From the IMG/VR virus record IMGVR_UViG_3300029305_012082, positions 32,001 through 96,000 of that record: DNA of 64,000 nucleotides; one strand, given 5' to 3'. Under the pieces are notes generated by a model that did no database searches, was not told where the DNA came from, and saw nothing but the letters and a program-made list of their open reading frames with translations. This document shows positions 15,728 through 26,049 of this stretch, one piece after another. This DNA is from a virus. Its lineage: Duplodnaviria > Caudoviricetes. The position numbers were made by a program, and so were the translations under genes. Position 1 is the first letter of the stretch, and the number at the start of each line of letters is the position of its first letter.

Positions 15728-18133
15728 ATGACCCTAGCAGAATTTATTAACGTTGTTGGCTTCAAAGTCAAAGACGGCGATATAAGTAAAGTAAACAACT
15801 CGATCAATACTATAAAAAACACAGCGCAAAAGGCTTTAGGTGCTATAGGAATATCCCTTTCGATTGCAGGGATTACGAGCGTTATAAAGGATTGTGTTTC
15901 CCTCGCGTCTGAAGCCGAGGAAATGCAAAACAAGTTTGATGTCGTGTTCCAAGGCATGAACGAAACCGTAGAGGAATGGGCGAAAAACTACTCAGATGCA
16001 ATAGGTCGAAATGCAAATGACATAAAAACCTACATGGCAGATATGCAAAATCTGGTTGTAGGTTTCATGGGAACTGATATGAGACAAGAAGCCTATGAGC
16101 TTACTCAGTCTATGACAACCCTGGCTTTAGATCTGGCATCCTTCAACAACATAGACGAGGGTATTGCTGTAAACGCAATGCAAAAGGCGGTTATGGGCGA
16201 ATCGGAAGCAGCGAAAACAATCGGTGCTGTCCTCAATGATGTTACACGAGCCGAAGCTATGCATCAGCTTGGGCTTAAAGGAAAGTACGACGCCTTGGAT
16301 CAAGCGACCAAGATGATGGTCAATTACCAAGCAATTCTACTTCAAAGCACTGATGCCGTTGGAGATTGTGAACGAAGTCTTGGTTCATACAGAAGCACCT
16401 TAATTGCATTTCAATCCAAACTCAAAGAGATTAAAACTATAGTTGGTCAATTTTTCATGCCAACTGCACAGAAAATACTCCAAATTGGCACGAAAGGACT
16501 TACCGTCGTTCGCAATTGGGTTCAGAATATAAGTGATTTTGCGGAAGAACTAGGAGGAGCGCACAGAATAATCACGATTATCGGCGGTGCTCTAGCGGGA
16601 ATGTTGTTGGTACGAAACCTCGGCAAAGTAGCAGCTTTAGTGAAAGTTGTTGTCGGGCTTCTTTCTCCCGCCAAGCTTCTTATCGCTGCCATTGCTGCAG
16701 CATTTACTCTTGTGGCTCTAGTCGTAGAGGATTTCTTTGCATTTGTTCAGGGTAAAGACAGCTTGTTTGGTGATTCCTTGAAGAAAGCAGGAATTGATCT
16801 CGCCCAATTCCGCACATCTATTTTACTGTTGAAAAATCGCCTTAAAGATGCATTTGGAGGAATCAAGGATTTTGCTGGTGAAATAGGAACGGGTCTATTT
16901 AATGCGCTCCAACAAATTCTGCCGATCATTGTAGATTTCGTTGTTGCAAAAGGTCCCGGAATCATTGACATCATAAAGAAAGTTGCGCCGCTTATCGGAA
17001 ATCTTGCAAGTGGCAAGCTCTCGATGCTTTTTAGTGTTGCAAAAAAATTGTTGCCCGTTGTTGCAAACGTAGCAAAGACCCTTAGCGGACATCTCGTAAA
17101 CGCAATTTCGACACTTATTCCGTTCATAGGAAATCTTGCTTCCAGTCTGGGCGGATTTTTATTAGAAGCAATACAGACATTGCTGCCTCCACTGGTTGAG
17201 TTTGCGATGAGTATTCTTCCGGTGATTCTTTCGTGTGTAAACGCTATTCTGCCTGTGATTCTTGAGTTCGCACAAGCTGCACTGCCCATAATCATAGACC
17301 TTATAAACCAGCTTCTTCCGGTTCTTCTTCAGATCATAGAGGCGGTTCTTCCTGTGTTGTTATCCTGTATAGAGCAGCTTCTTCCTATCATTCTTCAGCT
17401 TGTTCAAGAACTACTTCCGATTATATTGGAAGTCATAATGATGATTCTGCCACTGCTGGTTCAGGTCATTGAGGCAATATTGCCGGCAATCATGTCGTTC
17501 ATCGAGGAACTTCTTCCTCTTGTCAGTCCACTGATTGAGATAATTGCAAATCTAGCATCTTCTATTCTGCCTGTCATCATCACCTTGCTTGAGTCAATTT
17601 TGCCGATTCTCGAACCGATTCTCGGCATACTTCAGCCAATTGCAGATGTACTGGCTGTAATAATTGATGCTCTCGGAAAGGTTGCTGGAGGTATAGCAAC
17701 AGGGATTCAATGGCTTGTTGATGCTGTGACTGGCGGTGGAAGTGACACAGACGCTTCCAGCACAGTCCCCGGATATGCTGTTGGTACAGATTATTCAGAG
17801 GATACATTTGTCGCAGGCGAAAATGGGCCGGAACTCATAACAGGACAAAGAGGCAAAAAAGTTTTTACCGCCCTCCAAACAGGAAGTATATTTGCTACAG
17901 CCAAGGAAGTAATATCTGCGGCGATCGCTCTGTCAAATATTAGAACAGCTCGGCCAGCAACGGCTGCAAACGTTACAAGTTCTCAATCCACCAGAAATGT
18001 ATTCCAAAATGTATCAATTAGCAATCAGTTTAATGGAGACAAGGCAATCCAGCGTCAGGCAGCTAACACCATGGGAAAATCTGCAAATGACATAACAAGA
18101 GAGCTGGCTCGTGGATTGGCGTATGCAAGATAG
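15728..18133 (+). CDS. tape measure protein
   Basis: Long helical ORF with amphipathic ILP repeats; C-terminal GYAVGT...AGENGPEL motif. Confidence 0.9.
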   Translation: MTLAEFINVVGFKVKDGDISKVNNSINTIKNTAQKALGAIGISLSIAGITSVIKDCVSLASEAEEMQNKFDVVFQGMNETVEEWAKNYSDAIGRNANDIKTYMADMQNLVVGFMGTDMRQEAYELTQSMTTLALDLASFNNIDEGIAVNAMQKAVMGESEAAKTIGAVLNDVTRAEAMHQLGLKGKYDALDQATKMMVNYQAILLQSTDAVGDCERSLGSYRSTLIAFQSKLKEIKTIVGQFFMPTAQKILQIGTKGLTVVRNWVQNISDFAEELGGAHRIITIIGGALAGMLLVRNLGKVAALVKVVVGLLSPAKLLIAAIAAAFTLVALVVEDFFAFVQGKDSLFGDSLKKAGIDLAQFRTSILLLKNRLKDAFGGIKDFAGEIGTGLFNALQQILPIIVDFVVAKGPGIIDIIKKVAPLIGNLASGKLSMLFSVAKKLLPVVANVAKTLSGHLVNAISTLIPFIGNLASSLGGFLLEAIQTLLPPLVEFAMSILPVILSCVNAILPVILEFAQAALPIIIDLINQLLPVLLQIIEAVLPVLLSCIEQLLPIILQLVQELLPIILEVIMMILPLLVQVIEAILPAIMSFIEELLPLVSPLIEIIANLASSILPVIITLLESILPILEPILGILQPIADVLAVIIDALGKVAGGIATGIQWLVDAVTGGGSDTDASSTVPGYAVGTDYSEDTFVAGENGPELITGQRGKKVFTALQTGSIFATAKEVISAAIALSNIRTARPATAANVTSSQSTRNVFQNVSISNQFNGDKAIQRQAANTMGKSANDITRELARGLAYAR

Positions 18134-18141
18134 GTGATAAA

Positions 18142-18786
18142 ATGGCAAAAGCAAAAAGACCAGTAACAGTAGCCGGAATACAATTCGATGCACTTATTAG
18201 TGAAGAAAGATCGTTGACAGCAACTGTACCAACATATTCTGTCGAGTCTGGGTTTTGTGTAAGCGACGCCATCATTCTAGAGCCTGAGACATTGTCTATG
18301 GTGCTATTTCTCACCGATACCCCAGTGACTTGGAGAAGAAACGGTGGGCGTGGAAAGACGGAGAGGATTGTTAGCCAACTCGAAGAACTGTATTATTCTG
18401 CTTATCCTGTAACCATCGTTACTTCGGATAAGACATATACGAACATGGCAATTACAAGCCTTGGACTAAACAAAAGCACAGAGATTGGCTACGCAAGAGA
18501 GATTCCGATTGAATTTCAAAAAATTCGAATAACTACCGCTTCAACGACGACAATCCCTGACTCCTATGGAAAAAGCGGAACAACAGGAGCGCAAGCCGGA
18601 ACAGCAAGCGTTACTACTGAGTCAACTTCGCCCTCGACCGGGGCAAGTACATCCGCAAGAGACACAGAAACAACCGTTTCAGAAAACGGTCAATCTATAG
18701 CAAGAAATATCACACAGATGACCGTTACTGAAACAAAATATCATAATGCACAGGATGTGCTGTGGGAGAAACGGAATGGATTATAG
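18142..18786 (+). CDS. baseplate/tube initiator protein
   Basis: Follows tape measure; FDA...YSVESG..SD pattern. Confidence 0.7.
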   Translation: MAKAKRPVTVAGIQFDALISEERSLTATVPTYSVESGFCVSDAIILEPETLSMVLFLTDTPVTWRRNGGRGKTERIVSQLEELYYSAYPVTIVTSDKTYTNMAITSLGLNKSTEIGYAREIPIEFQKIRITTASTTTIPDSYGKSGTTGAQAGTASVTTESTSPSTGASTSARDTETTVSENGQSIARNITQMTVTETKYHNAQDVLWEKRNGL

Positions 18787-19093
18787 TTTCATCGAAGTTC
18801 CTGATATGAATGATAGCATTTCCCGCATCGTCCTTTCTGGGACACCATACCAGATCCGGTTTACCTACAACGATACCGGAGACTACTGGAAATTTGGGTT
18901 GCTCAACACTCTCGGAGAGCCGATTATTCAAGGAATGAAAATCGTCCCGAGATTCCCGCTAAATATTTTTTACACCGTTGCCAAGATTCCAGCCGGAATA
19001 TTTGGTGTCAGAACAAAACTCGAACGCATTGGTCGCAATGACTTCAAAAACGGAAACGCAAGCTTCATATTTTGCCCTATCGACATTGGGTAA
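18776..19093 (+). CDS. small baseplate protein
   Basis: Gene order; FTYN....W...G.KIVP pattern. Confidence 0.7.
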   Translation: MDYSFIEVPDMNDSISRIVLSGTPYQIRFTYNDTGDYWKFGLLNTLGEPIIQGMKIVPRFPLNIFYTVAKIPAGIFGVRTKLERIGRNDFKNGNASFIFCPIDIG

Positions 19094-19104
19094 AACCTCT
19101 GCTT

Positions 19105-19213
19105 CGGAATTTCCGTGGAATTTCCGTGGAATTTCCCGCGACTTTCCACGGAAATTCCGGCGCAACCGTAACCGTAACCGTAACCGTAACCAATATACCG
19201 TAACTATATATAG
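19105..19213. repeat. iteron-like repeats plus (AACCGT)n microsatellite
   Basis: GGAATTTCC x3 at 11-bp period; perfect 16-bp inverted repeat 19105-19120/19144-19159; AACCGT x4 from 19164; TATATATA. Confidence 0.85.
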
Positions 19214-19291
19214 ATTCTGCGCTAATGCGTGTTTTTTATGAAATTGCAGAATGACCATTGCAATGGTTTGTGATAGATAAGAGGTGAGAGA

Positions 19292-20155
19292 ATGGCAGGT
19301 CTTGAGAATTTTGATCGGCAATATCGTCTGTCTGCCGGCAAGGCCGGGGGCACAGGATTTGAGATCGGCGGAGAAAAGCCTGTTCCGCTGCACATAGATT
19401 TCTCTGTGGAAAGAACCGACCAAGAAACACAGAACACCGCCACTCTCAGCATTTGGAACCTCAATGATGCCCATTTGGCAGCTCTTGAAGAAAAAGACTG
19501 TGTTGTGGCACTTAGAGCAGGATACGGGAACCGTATGCCTCTAATTTTTTCCGGAATCGTAACTCAAGCAGTAACTTCGAATGATGGCGCAGACAGAAAA
19601 ACTGAGCTTGACATAGTAGACAACCTTGTGGAGATCCGAGACACCTATGTAAGCCTCTCGTACAACGGGACTGTCAATTGGAAAACAATTTTTGATGATG
19701 TTTCTTCCCAGATGGGTGTCGCCATCTCCTACTCCTACAATGCCGAGTTTGTCGATATTCCGAATGGATTTAGCTTTGTTGGTATGGCTAGAGACATAAT
19801 GACCAAGGGCTGCGCTTGCTGCGGTCTTGTTTGGAGTCTCCAGAATGGGGTCATGCAAGTGAAAAAGCCCGGGGATGTAATGTCCAAGGAAGTCTATGTT
19901 CTGTCCCCGGAAACTGGACTGCTTGGTATTCCCGCCCGAATCACGGAAGCGTCCGACAAGTCTGACGAAAAAAATACAATCGGCTGGGATGTCGAGTATT
20001 TTATGAACGGCGCAATCAACATAGATGACTATGTTAAGCTTGAGAGCAAAATGGTGACTGGGTATTTCCGCGTCTATTCGTTAAGCATTTCTGGCGATAA
20101 TGTTTCTGGCGACTGGATATGCAAGGCCCGACTGAAAGAGGTGAAGGAATCATGA
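19292..20155 (+). CDS. baseplate hub protein
   Basis: IWNL, LRAGY, WSLQNG and TGLLGIP motifs. Confidence 0.8.
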   Translation: MAGLENFDRQYRLSAGKAGGTGFEIGGEKPVPLHIDFSVERTDQETQNTATLSIWNLNDAHLAALEEKDCVVALRAGYGNRMPLIFSGIVTQAVTSNDGADRKTELDIVDNLVEIRDTYVSLSYNGTVNWKTIFDDVSSQMGVAISYSYNAEFVDIPNGFSFVGMARDIMTKGCACCGLVWSLQNGVMQVKKPGDVMSKEVYVLSPETGLLGIPARITEASDKSDEKNTIGWDVEYFMNGAINIDDYVKLESKMVTGYFRVYSLSISGDNVSGDWICKARLKEVKES

Positions 20156-20748
20156 TGCAGGAGTTTGTCCAAGAGATTACCAACACTGTCAATCAGTCTT
20201 TGAAGGGCGTCCATACAGCAATGCCTGGTACTATCGTCTCATACGATCCCGGAAGCGGAACGGCAACAGTGAAGCCGGCGATGAAGTTCAGGAAGCCAGA
20301 TGGAACAACTATCGACTATCCGCAGATCTCTGGTGTCCCTGTTTCCATTTCTCAGGGATCTGGTGGTCAGGCAACAGTTGCTATCCCCATCAAAGGCGGA
20401 GACGGATGCATGATCGTAGTTTCCGAGCAATCTCTCGATTATTGGATGTATGGACAGGAAACCCCCACTGATCTGCCCTTCGACATGAGCAACGCCATGT
20501 GTATTCCGGGTCTTGCTCCTGCTGCGAATGCTGCCATGCAGAAAGCATGTGCTGAAAACTGCATTGTGATAACGGCCGGAGGAGCAACAACCGTCAAAGT
20601 AAAAGGGGACGAAGTTGAGATCGAAGCTCCTTCCGTCAACATGAAATCGCCACAGGTGAAAATAGAAGGTTCTCTGGAGGTAGGGAGCGGAATGACTGTC
20701 AGTGGTGGGTTGTCTGTAGAGGGAGGCATTGAAGAAACCTTGAAGTGA
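20152..20748 (+). CDS. baseplate spike (Gp138/gpV-like)
   Basis: HTAMPGTIVSYD...VKP, P.KGGD motifs; beta-repeat C-terminus. Confidence 0.82.
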   Translation: MMQEFVQEITNTVNQSLKGVHTAMPGTIVSYDPGSGTATVKPAMKFRKPDGTTIDYPQISGVPVSISQGSGGQATVAIPIKGGDGCMIVVSEQSLDYWMYGQETPTDLPFDMSNAMCIPGLAPAANAAMQKACAENCIVITAGGATTVKVKGDEVEIEAPSVNMKSPQVKIEGSLEVGSGMTVSGGLSVEGGIEETLK

Positions 20749-20887
20749 TCGCCCTACAATTCGCTTCACAGCCGCCCAAATTGCCTCTAACGGGACTTTT
20801 TGGCAGACATCAACTTACAAACAAAGCAAAGAAACTCCGACCTCACAAGACACAGTGGGTTCTCAGCTTATAAACAAAGGGAGGACA

Positions 20888-21244
20888 ATGATGGCCGATA
20901 TTAGGTTGAACAAAGATGGCGATATCGACGTGTCGAAGACAGGTGACATCTACCTCACAAACAGCGTTCGACAGGCGATCCTGATTAAATTGAGATGGAT
21001 TTATGGCGAATGGCGGCTCGGTCCAGAATTAGGTTTCCCTTGGTTTGAACAGGTCTTCATTAAGAACCCGAACACAGATGCGATCAAGGGTTTACTTCGA
21101 GAAAAGATCCTTCAGGTAGAAGGAGTAGATGCGGCGATTGTAACAGAGGTCGAATATAGCCGTGAAAAAAGATCTGCAACCTTCCGCTACACCGTAACGG
21201 TAGGGGAGGAAGTGTTCAAGGAAGAGGTGACGCTTTATGAGTGA
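20888..21244 (+). CDS. baseplate wedge/sheath initiator (gp25-like)
   Basis: RQ...L....GEW.L....G.PW pattern. Confidence 0.78.
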   Translation: MMADIRLNKDGDIDVSKTGDIYLTNSVRQAILIKLRWIYGEWRLGPELGFPWFEQVFIKNPNTDAIKGLLREKILQVEGVDAAIVTEVEYSREKRSATFRYTVTVGEEVFKEEVTLYE

Positions 21245-22679
21245 ATATGGGCTTACACCGAAAGGGCCGAATATCAAAAGACTTGATGAGATCATTGAGT
21301 CCTTGCATAAGAACCTCTCAGAGCGGTGGGGTGTCAATACCCGTCAGAACCCCGAGTCTCTGATAAATCATGTTTTGACAAATGTTGCCGATCAGATCGC
21401 AGAATTGTGGGAGTTTGGAGAGAGTGTTTATTATTCTCAGTATCCTGCCACAGCGGAAGGCATCAATCTGGATAATGCTGCTCAGTACGGCGGCTCCACG
21501 AGAGAGCCGGCGGCGAAATCCTATTACCCCATCCACTGCACAGGCAAAGATGGAACGGTCCTTGCAGCAGGAACGATCATTGCCTCTACCACGAATCCGA
21601 CAACACAGCTGTCTCTTGCCGAGAGCCGGACCATATCGAGATCTGCTTTCAATAAAGCTGCGATAAAAGTGGCATCCCTGCAAACGGGAAATCCGTACAT
21701 AGTAATCATCAACAACAAAGACTACCGGCATACAGCTGGAACCCTCAGTGCTCTTGAAATTCTGAATGGGTTGGCCGAAGAAATGGGCAATGACTTCACC
21801 GTCAGCGTAGATACCGAGAACGAGCTGCTGAATATCGAAGCTGACGCAGGAACAACAAACGACTTGACTCTTTCAGAGAATCTGACCACAGAAACCGTCA
21901 CATCAATCATCACGTTCGGCACTGTCGAAACAGGAAACATTCTGCTTCCGGACGGAGTCATTACGAATATCGTAAAGGCAGATGCCGGCCTCCAAAGCGT
22001 TGTAAATGTCAGCGGCTACATTGCGGGACGAGATGAAGAAAGTGACGCAGAGTTCCGGATGTCATATGCAGATAAGATTTTCAACCGATCCAAGACAATG
22101 CTTGACACCATACGCAGTGCGATTTTGAACAACGTACAAGGCGTCGCTAGTGTTGCTACATACGAGAACGATAGCGACATTACCGACGAATATGGCCGTC
22201 CCCCTCACAGCATCGAAATCGTTGTTGATGGAGGAGACAACTACGAAATTGCACAGCAAATATTCGCAAACAAAGCCGCAGGCATTTCCACACATGGAAA
22301 TGAAGAAGTGACTATAGTAGGTTCCTATGATGAAAATTTCACTATCAAGTTCAGCCGCCCCGAGATTGTCTATGTGTGGTTCCATCTGAAATTGGAGCGA
22401 AATTCTTCTCAGAGCATTCCGGACAATTACGAAGAACTACTGCGATCGGTTGTAACAAAAAATATGGAGAATTTGGACGCAGGAACCGATGTGGTTCCCA
22501 TGCGCTTCATGACCGAACTTTACGATGCTTTCTCAGGCATCAACTACATCGACATTACATTGACAGCAACCTCGAACAAAGAAAAACCGAGCGTGTACAC
22601 AGCTCGAAGCCAAGCAATTACAGCTAGACAGAGAGCCTTCACCAGCGAAGACATGATAACGGTGGATTTCTATGAGTAA
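21237..22679 (+). CDS. baseplate J/Mu gp47-like protein
   Basis: ATAEGINLD, GRDEESDAEFR and PPHSIEIVVDGG motifs. Confidence 0.88.
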   Translation: MSEYGLTPKGPNIKRLDEIIESLHKNLSERWGVNTRQNPESLINHVLTNVADQIAELWEFGESVYYSQYPATAEGINLDNAAQYGGSTREPAAKSYYPIHCTGKDGTVLAAGTIIASTTNPTTQLSLAESRTISRSAFNKAAIKVASLQTGNPYIVIINNKDYRHTAGTLSALEILNGLAEEMGNDFTVSVDTENELLNIEADAGTTNDLTLSENLTTETVTSIITFGTVETGNILLPDGVITNIVKADAGLQSVVNVSGYIAGRDEESDAEFRMSYADKIFNRSKTMLDTIRSAILNNVQGVASVATYENDSDITDEYGRPPHSIEIVVDGGDNYEIAQQIFANKAAGISTHGNEEVTIVGSYDENFTIKFSRPEIVYVWFHLKLERNSSQSIPDNYEELLRSVVTKNMENLDAGTDVVPMRFMTELYDAFSGINYIDITLTATSNKEKPSVYTARSQAITARQRAFTSEDMITVDFYE

Positions 22680-23334
22680 TAGATATGTTGTAAATCTCCA
22701 AAGTGATCTGCTTGAGCAATTTCGAGGAAAGCCGAATATCGAGGCTCTTGTTGAGGTAATTGGCGTTGAACTCCAAGAAGTGTATGATTTTTTCTCTCAA
22801 CTCCTGATCGAGCGAGACATCAAGGTCGCAGTCGGAAAACAGCTGGACGGAATAGGCAGCATTGCAGACATGACCCGCAGCGAGGCGATTGCTCTTGCAA
22901 GAGACGCCAATTACCCCTATACCGATGAAGATGAGATGTATCGAGTATTCCTACTCTACAAAATCTTCGTCAACACGGCAAAGGGGACATATGCCGATGT
23001 TCTAAGATCCATCCACATGTTATGGGAAGGAACACTGACATATGAGGAGGATGCAACAGTTCCTGCGACCATTATCCTGAATTTTGAGCGGTTTAATGGG
23101 CTTGATATTCAGAGACTTCTAAAGGTGCCCATTGTCAAACCTGCAGGCGTTAGAATTCTTTTCCGAGCCACTGGTCGAAAGGATCATTCTTTCTATACTG
23201 CAGGAACAATCACACATAGCAAAAGAATAACCTACACCCAAGAAGAATACGACTTCTCTATCCCTGACATCCTCGTAGACGAAGACCAAAACCTTCTTCT
23301 TGATGAAAATGGTAATATCCTAACCGAAGGCTGA
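22672..23334 (+). CDS. baseplate wedge protein (DUF2612-like)
   Basis: AVGKQLDGIG, DEMYR and KPAGV motifs. Confidence 0.8.
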   Translation: MSNRYVVNLQSDLLEQFRGKPNIEALVEVIGVELQEVYDFFSQLLIERDIKVAVGKQLDGIGSIADMTRSEAIALARDANYPYTDEDEMYRVFLLYKIFVNTAKGTYADVLRSIHMLWEGTLTYEEDATVPATIILNFERFNGLDIQRLLKVPIVKPAGVRILFRATGRKDHSFYTAGTITHSKRITYTQEEYDFSIPDILVDEDQNLLLDENGNILTEG

Positions 23335-23351
23335 CAGGGAGGTAATGAAAT

Positions 23352-24413
23352 ATGTCCATATTCGTTGAAACTACCGACAGTGGCATCGGCTTGATGGTTC
23401 AGGCCCTGTTTGGAGACGCCACTATAGAGTTTACAAGGTTTGAATTCGGGAATGGGGACGTCCCCTCTGAACCCGAAAAGATGACCGAACTGGGCAACAA
23501 AATCTTTGAAAGCCCCGTTGTTGGTGAAATTGTTAAAGGCGAAAACTATGTCGATGTAGCAACGAAATTCGACAACAGAAATGTATCGCACGATTTCACT
23601 CTCACGGAAATTGGAGTATTTGCTATCGATGTGGGCACTCAGGAAGAGGTGATGTTTGCTTACATTCATCTCGGCGACCAAGGCGAACCTGTTCTTAGCA
23701 CTGCGGCAAATAAACTGGTTGAGAATGAGATTGTCGTTCGTATCATTATCGACAAAGCCATAAACGTTACTGCTTCGGTTGCATCCACCATGTATGCATA
23801 TCAAAAGGACTTTGATGACCACTTGAAAGACTACGACAATCCGCACAAGGTCACAAAAGCACAAATTGGGCTTGGTGAAGTTCCGAATACGCATCCCAAA
23901 GACACAGAGATTAAATTTACAGAAGCACAGGAAATCGGAAATATAATGTCAGGAGATACGATCGGAACTGTCTTCGGAAAAATTGCGGCTGCAATCAGAG
24001 CTTTGATTGCCCACATCGCAAACAAAAACAACCCGCATCAGATTACGCCCATGTCTATTGGTGCTGCTGGAGAAGGACACTCACACGCAACTTCCGACAT
24101 TAAAACCGGCGTGCTTACTGTTTTGAGAGGTGGCACAGGGAAGAACAACTGGATAGCCAACAGAATTCTTTTCGCTGCTGCAAGCGATGAACTCGGCCAA
24201 ATCAAGAATCCTGACAAAAAGTCTTTCCTCGTCCAAGGATCTAGTGGAGCACCATATTTTGAAGCCATTTCCGAGTTCGCCTTTTTCTCTACAGGAAAAG
24301 AAGCCCCTGATAGTACGAATATCTTGTGGATTGATACAACTCCTACTACCGGCGGACTTAAATACCACAACGGGACAGAATGGACACATGTGCCTGTTGC
24401 ATATGTGCAGTAA
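23352..24413 (+). CDS. tail fibre/collar protein
   Basis: FTR..FGNG and EIGVFA N-terminus; H....NPH.VT repeats; RGGTG. Confidence 0.82.
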   Translation: MSIFVETTDSGIGLMVQALFGDATIEFTRFEFGNGDVPSEPEKMTELGNKIFESPVVGEIVKGENYVDVATKFDNRNVSHDFTLTEIGVFAIDVGTQEEVMFAYIHLGDQGEPVLSTAANKLVENEIVVRIIIDKAINVTASVASTMYAYQKDFDDHLKDYDNPHKVTKAQIGLGEVPNTHPKDTEIKFTEAQEIGNIMSGDTIGTVFGKIAAAIRALIAHIANKNNPHQITPMSIGAAGEGHSHATSDIKTGVLTVLRGGTGKNNWIANRILFAAASDELGQIKNPDKKSFLVQGSSGAPYFEAISEFAFFSTGKEAPDSTNILWIDTTPTTGGLKYHNGTEWTHVPVAYVQ

Positions 24414-24422
24414 GGAGAGAAT

Positions 24423-24752
24423 ATGAAAACGCTTGTATTTGATATTCCGTATGATCTTTCCAGTTTGATAGAAATGCTCGATTATGAAACGGGAGCATTG
24501 AGAGAACTCCTTGCGTATGCAGCCTCCAAAGGGTTAGAGAACACTACTGCATATCAAAAGTGGGAACAGGACTACCACGCCACCTACAAAGAATTCCAGA
24601 TTGCAAAACAAACTCTGCAGAATGATTATCTGCCCCGTGTCGTCGAAGGAACCGTTTTGAACTGGGAGCTGACTTACTCAACCAACTCGATCGAAGTACA
24701 AGTCTGTCAATGCGAGGGGGAGCAGAATGAAGAAGCACGAGTCGTTCTCTGA
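24423..24752 (+). CDS. small accessory protein of the CXXX-repeat modification cassette
   Basis: AAGGAG RBS; overlaps radical SAM start; resemblance to CXXX-system accessory proteins is from recall only. Confidence 0.6.
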   Translation: MKTLVFDIPYDLSSLIEMLDYETGALRELLAYAASKGLENTTAYQKWEQDYHATYKEFQIAKQTLQNDYLPRVVEGTVLNWELTYSTNSIEVQVCQCEGEQNEEARVVL

Positions 24753-26046
24753 TAAGCTTGGACGGATTTATCACCCGATTGATGCCGATGATACCTTCAA
24801 GGTAAACGATTGGAGAGCAAAAACAATCACATTTCAGATCACAGAGGAATGCAACCTGAATTGCTCCTATTGTTATCAGGGAGCGAAATCTCGAAACAGA
24901 ATGAGTTTTGAGACAGCCAAAGAAATTGTAGACACCCTTTTGGCTGCAGACAGCAGGACGAATCAATATATCACATCGGACAAAATCAGCGGTGTTATCT
25001 TGGATTTCATAGGTGGAGAGCCACTGCTCGAAGTAGATTTGATCGATCAAATCATGGACTATTTTCTGGAACAGGCGTTTTTGCTCAATCACCCTCTGGC
25101 GACCAGATATATGATCTGTATATCTTCGAATGGCACCTTGTATTTCACAGAAAGCGTACAGAGATTTCTGGAAAAATGGGAAGGTCGAATCTCTTTTTCT
25201 GTTAGCGTTGATGGGAACAAGGAACTCCATGATTCCTGCAGAGTCTTTCCTGATGGGACTGGAAGTTATGACCTTGCAATTGCTGCAGCCAAAGACTACA
25301 TGAACAAACATGGCTTCATAGGAAGTAAAATGACGATAGCTCCCGGAAATGTCATGCATGTAAGAAGTGCTGTAAACAGCCTGCTTCAGGAAGGGTATGA
25401 CGAGATTTATCTGAACTGCGTTTTCGAAGAAGGGTGGGAGCTTTCTCATGCCCAAATTCTGTACAGACAGCTCAGAGGACTGGCTGACGATTTGTTGGCT
25501 ATGGAAAATCAACCCTATCTGTCCATATTTGACGAACACATCGGACACCCCATGAAGGAATCAGATAACCAAAACTGGTGCGGTGGGTGCGGAAGCATGC
25601 TTGCGGTCAATTGGAAAGGAGAATTCTTTCCTTGCCTCAGATACATGGGATCTAGCCTGAACGGAGCACAAGAGCCGTTCATAATCGGAGACCTTGAGAA
25701 TGGGATTATGAATTTGCAGGAACACCGCGACAGGGTACAGGAACTCTCTGTCATCGACCGGAAGTCTCAAAGCACAGAGGAGTGCTGGAGCTGCCCCATC
25801 GCATCTGGATGTGCATGGTGTTCGGCATATAACTATCAGGTATATGGAACACCGAATAAAAGAGCGACCTTTATTTGCAAAATGCACCAGGCTAGAGTCT
25901 TAGCAAACGCATACTACTGGAACCTGATATACAAAAAAGAAAACATAGGAACACGGTACTTGTTAGATATTCCTGCTGATTGGGCTGTCGAAATAGTTGG
26001 CGAGAACGAATACGCTATGCTCAAATCTTTGGCGGAGGAGGTGTAG
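24727..26046 (+). CDS. radical SAM/SPASM peptide maturase, CXXX-repeat target type
   Basis: CNLNCSYC and FIGGEPLL; SPASM cysteines CGGCG...PC and CWSC.....CAWC...C. Confidence 0.92.
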   Translation: MKKHESFSDKLGRIYHPIDADDTFKVNDWRAKTITFQITEECNLNCSYCYQGAKSRNRMSFETAKEIVDTLLAADSRTNQYITSDKISGVILDFIGGEPLLEVDLIDQIMDYFLEQAFLLNHPLATRYMICISSNGTLYFTESVQRFLEKWEGRISFSVSVDGNKELHDSCRVFPDGTGSYDLAIAAAKDYMNKHGFIGSKMTIAPGNVMHVRSAVNSLLQEGYDEIYLNCVFEEGWELSHAQILYRQLRGLADDLLAMENQPYLSIFDEHIGHPMKESDNQNWCGGCGSMLAVNWKGEFFPCLRYMGSSLNGAQEPFIIGDLENGIMNLQEHRDRVQELSVIDRKSQSTEECWSCPIASGCAWCSAYNYQVYGTPNKRATFICKMHQARVLANAYYWNLIYKKENIGTRYLLDIPADWAVEIVGENEYAMLKSLAEEV

Positions 26047-26049
26047 TAG

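Noticed and set aside
18959-19474. ORFs with RNRNRN or LRLRLR runs
   Set aside because: Translations of the AACCGT microsatellite overlapping real genes; no RBS.
20749-20880. Intergenic gap loosely resembling 48870-48990
   Set aside because: Only compositional similarity; no alignable repeat.
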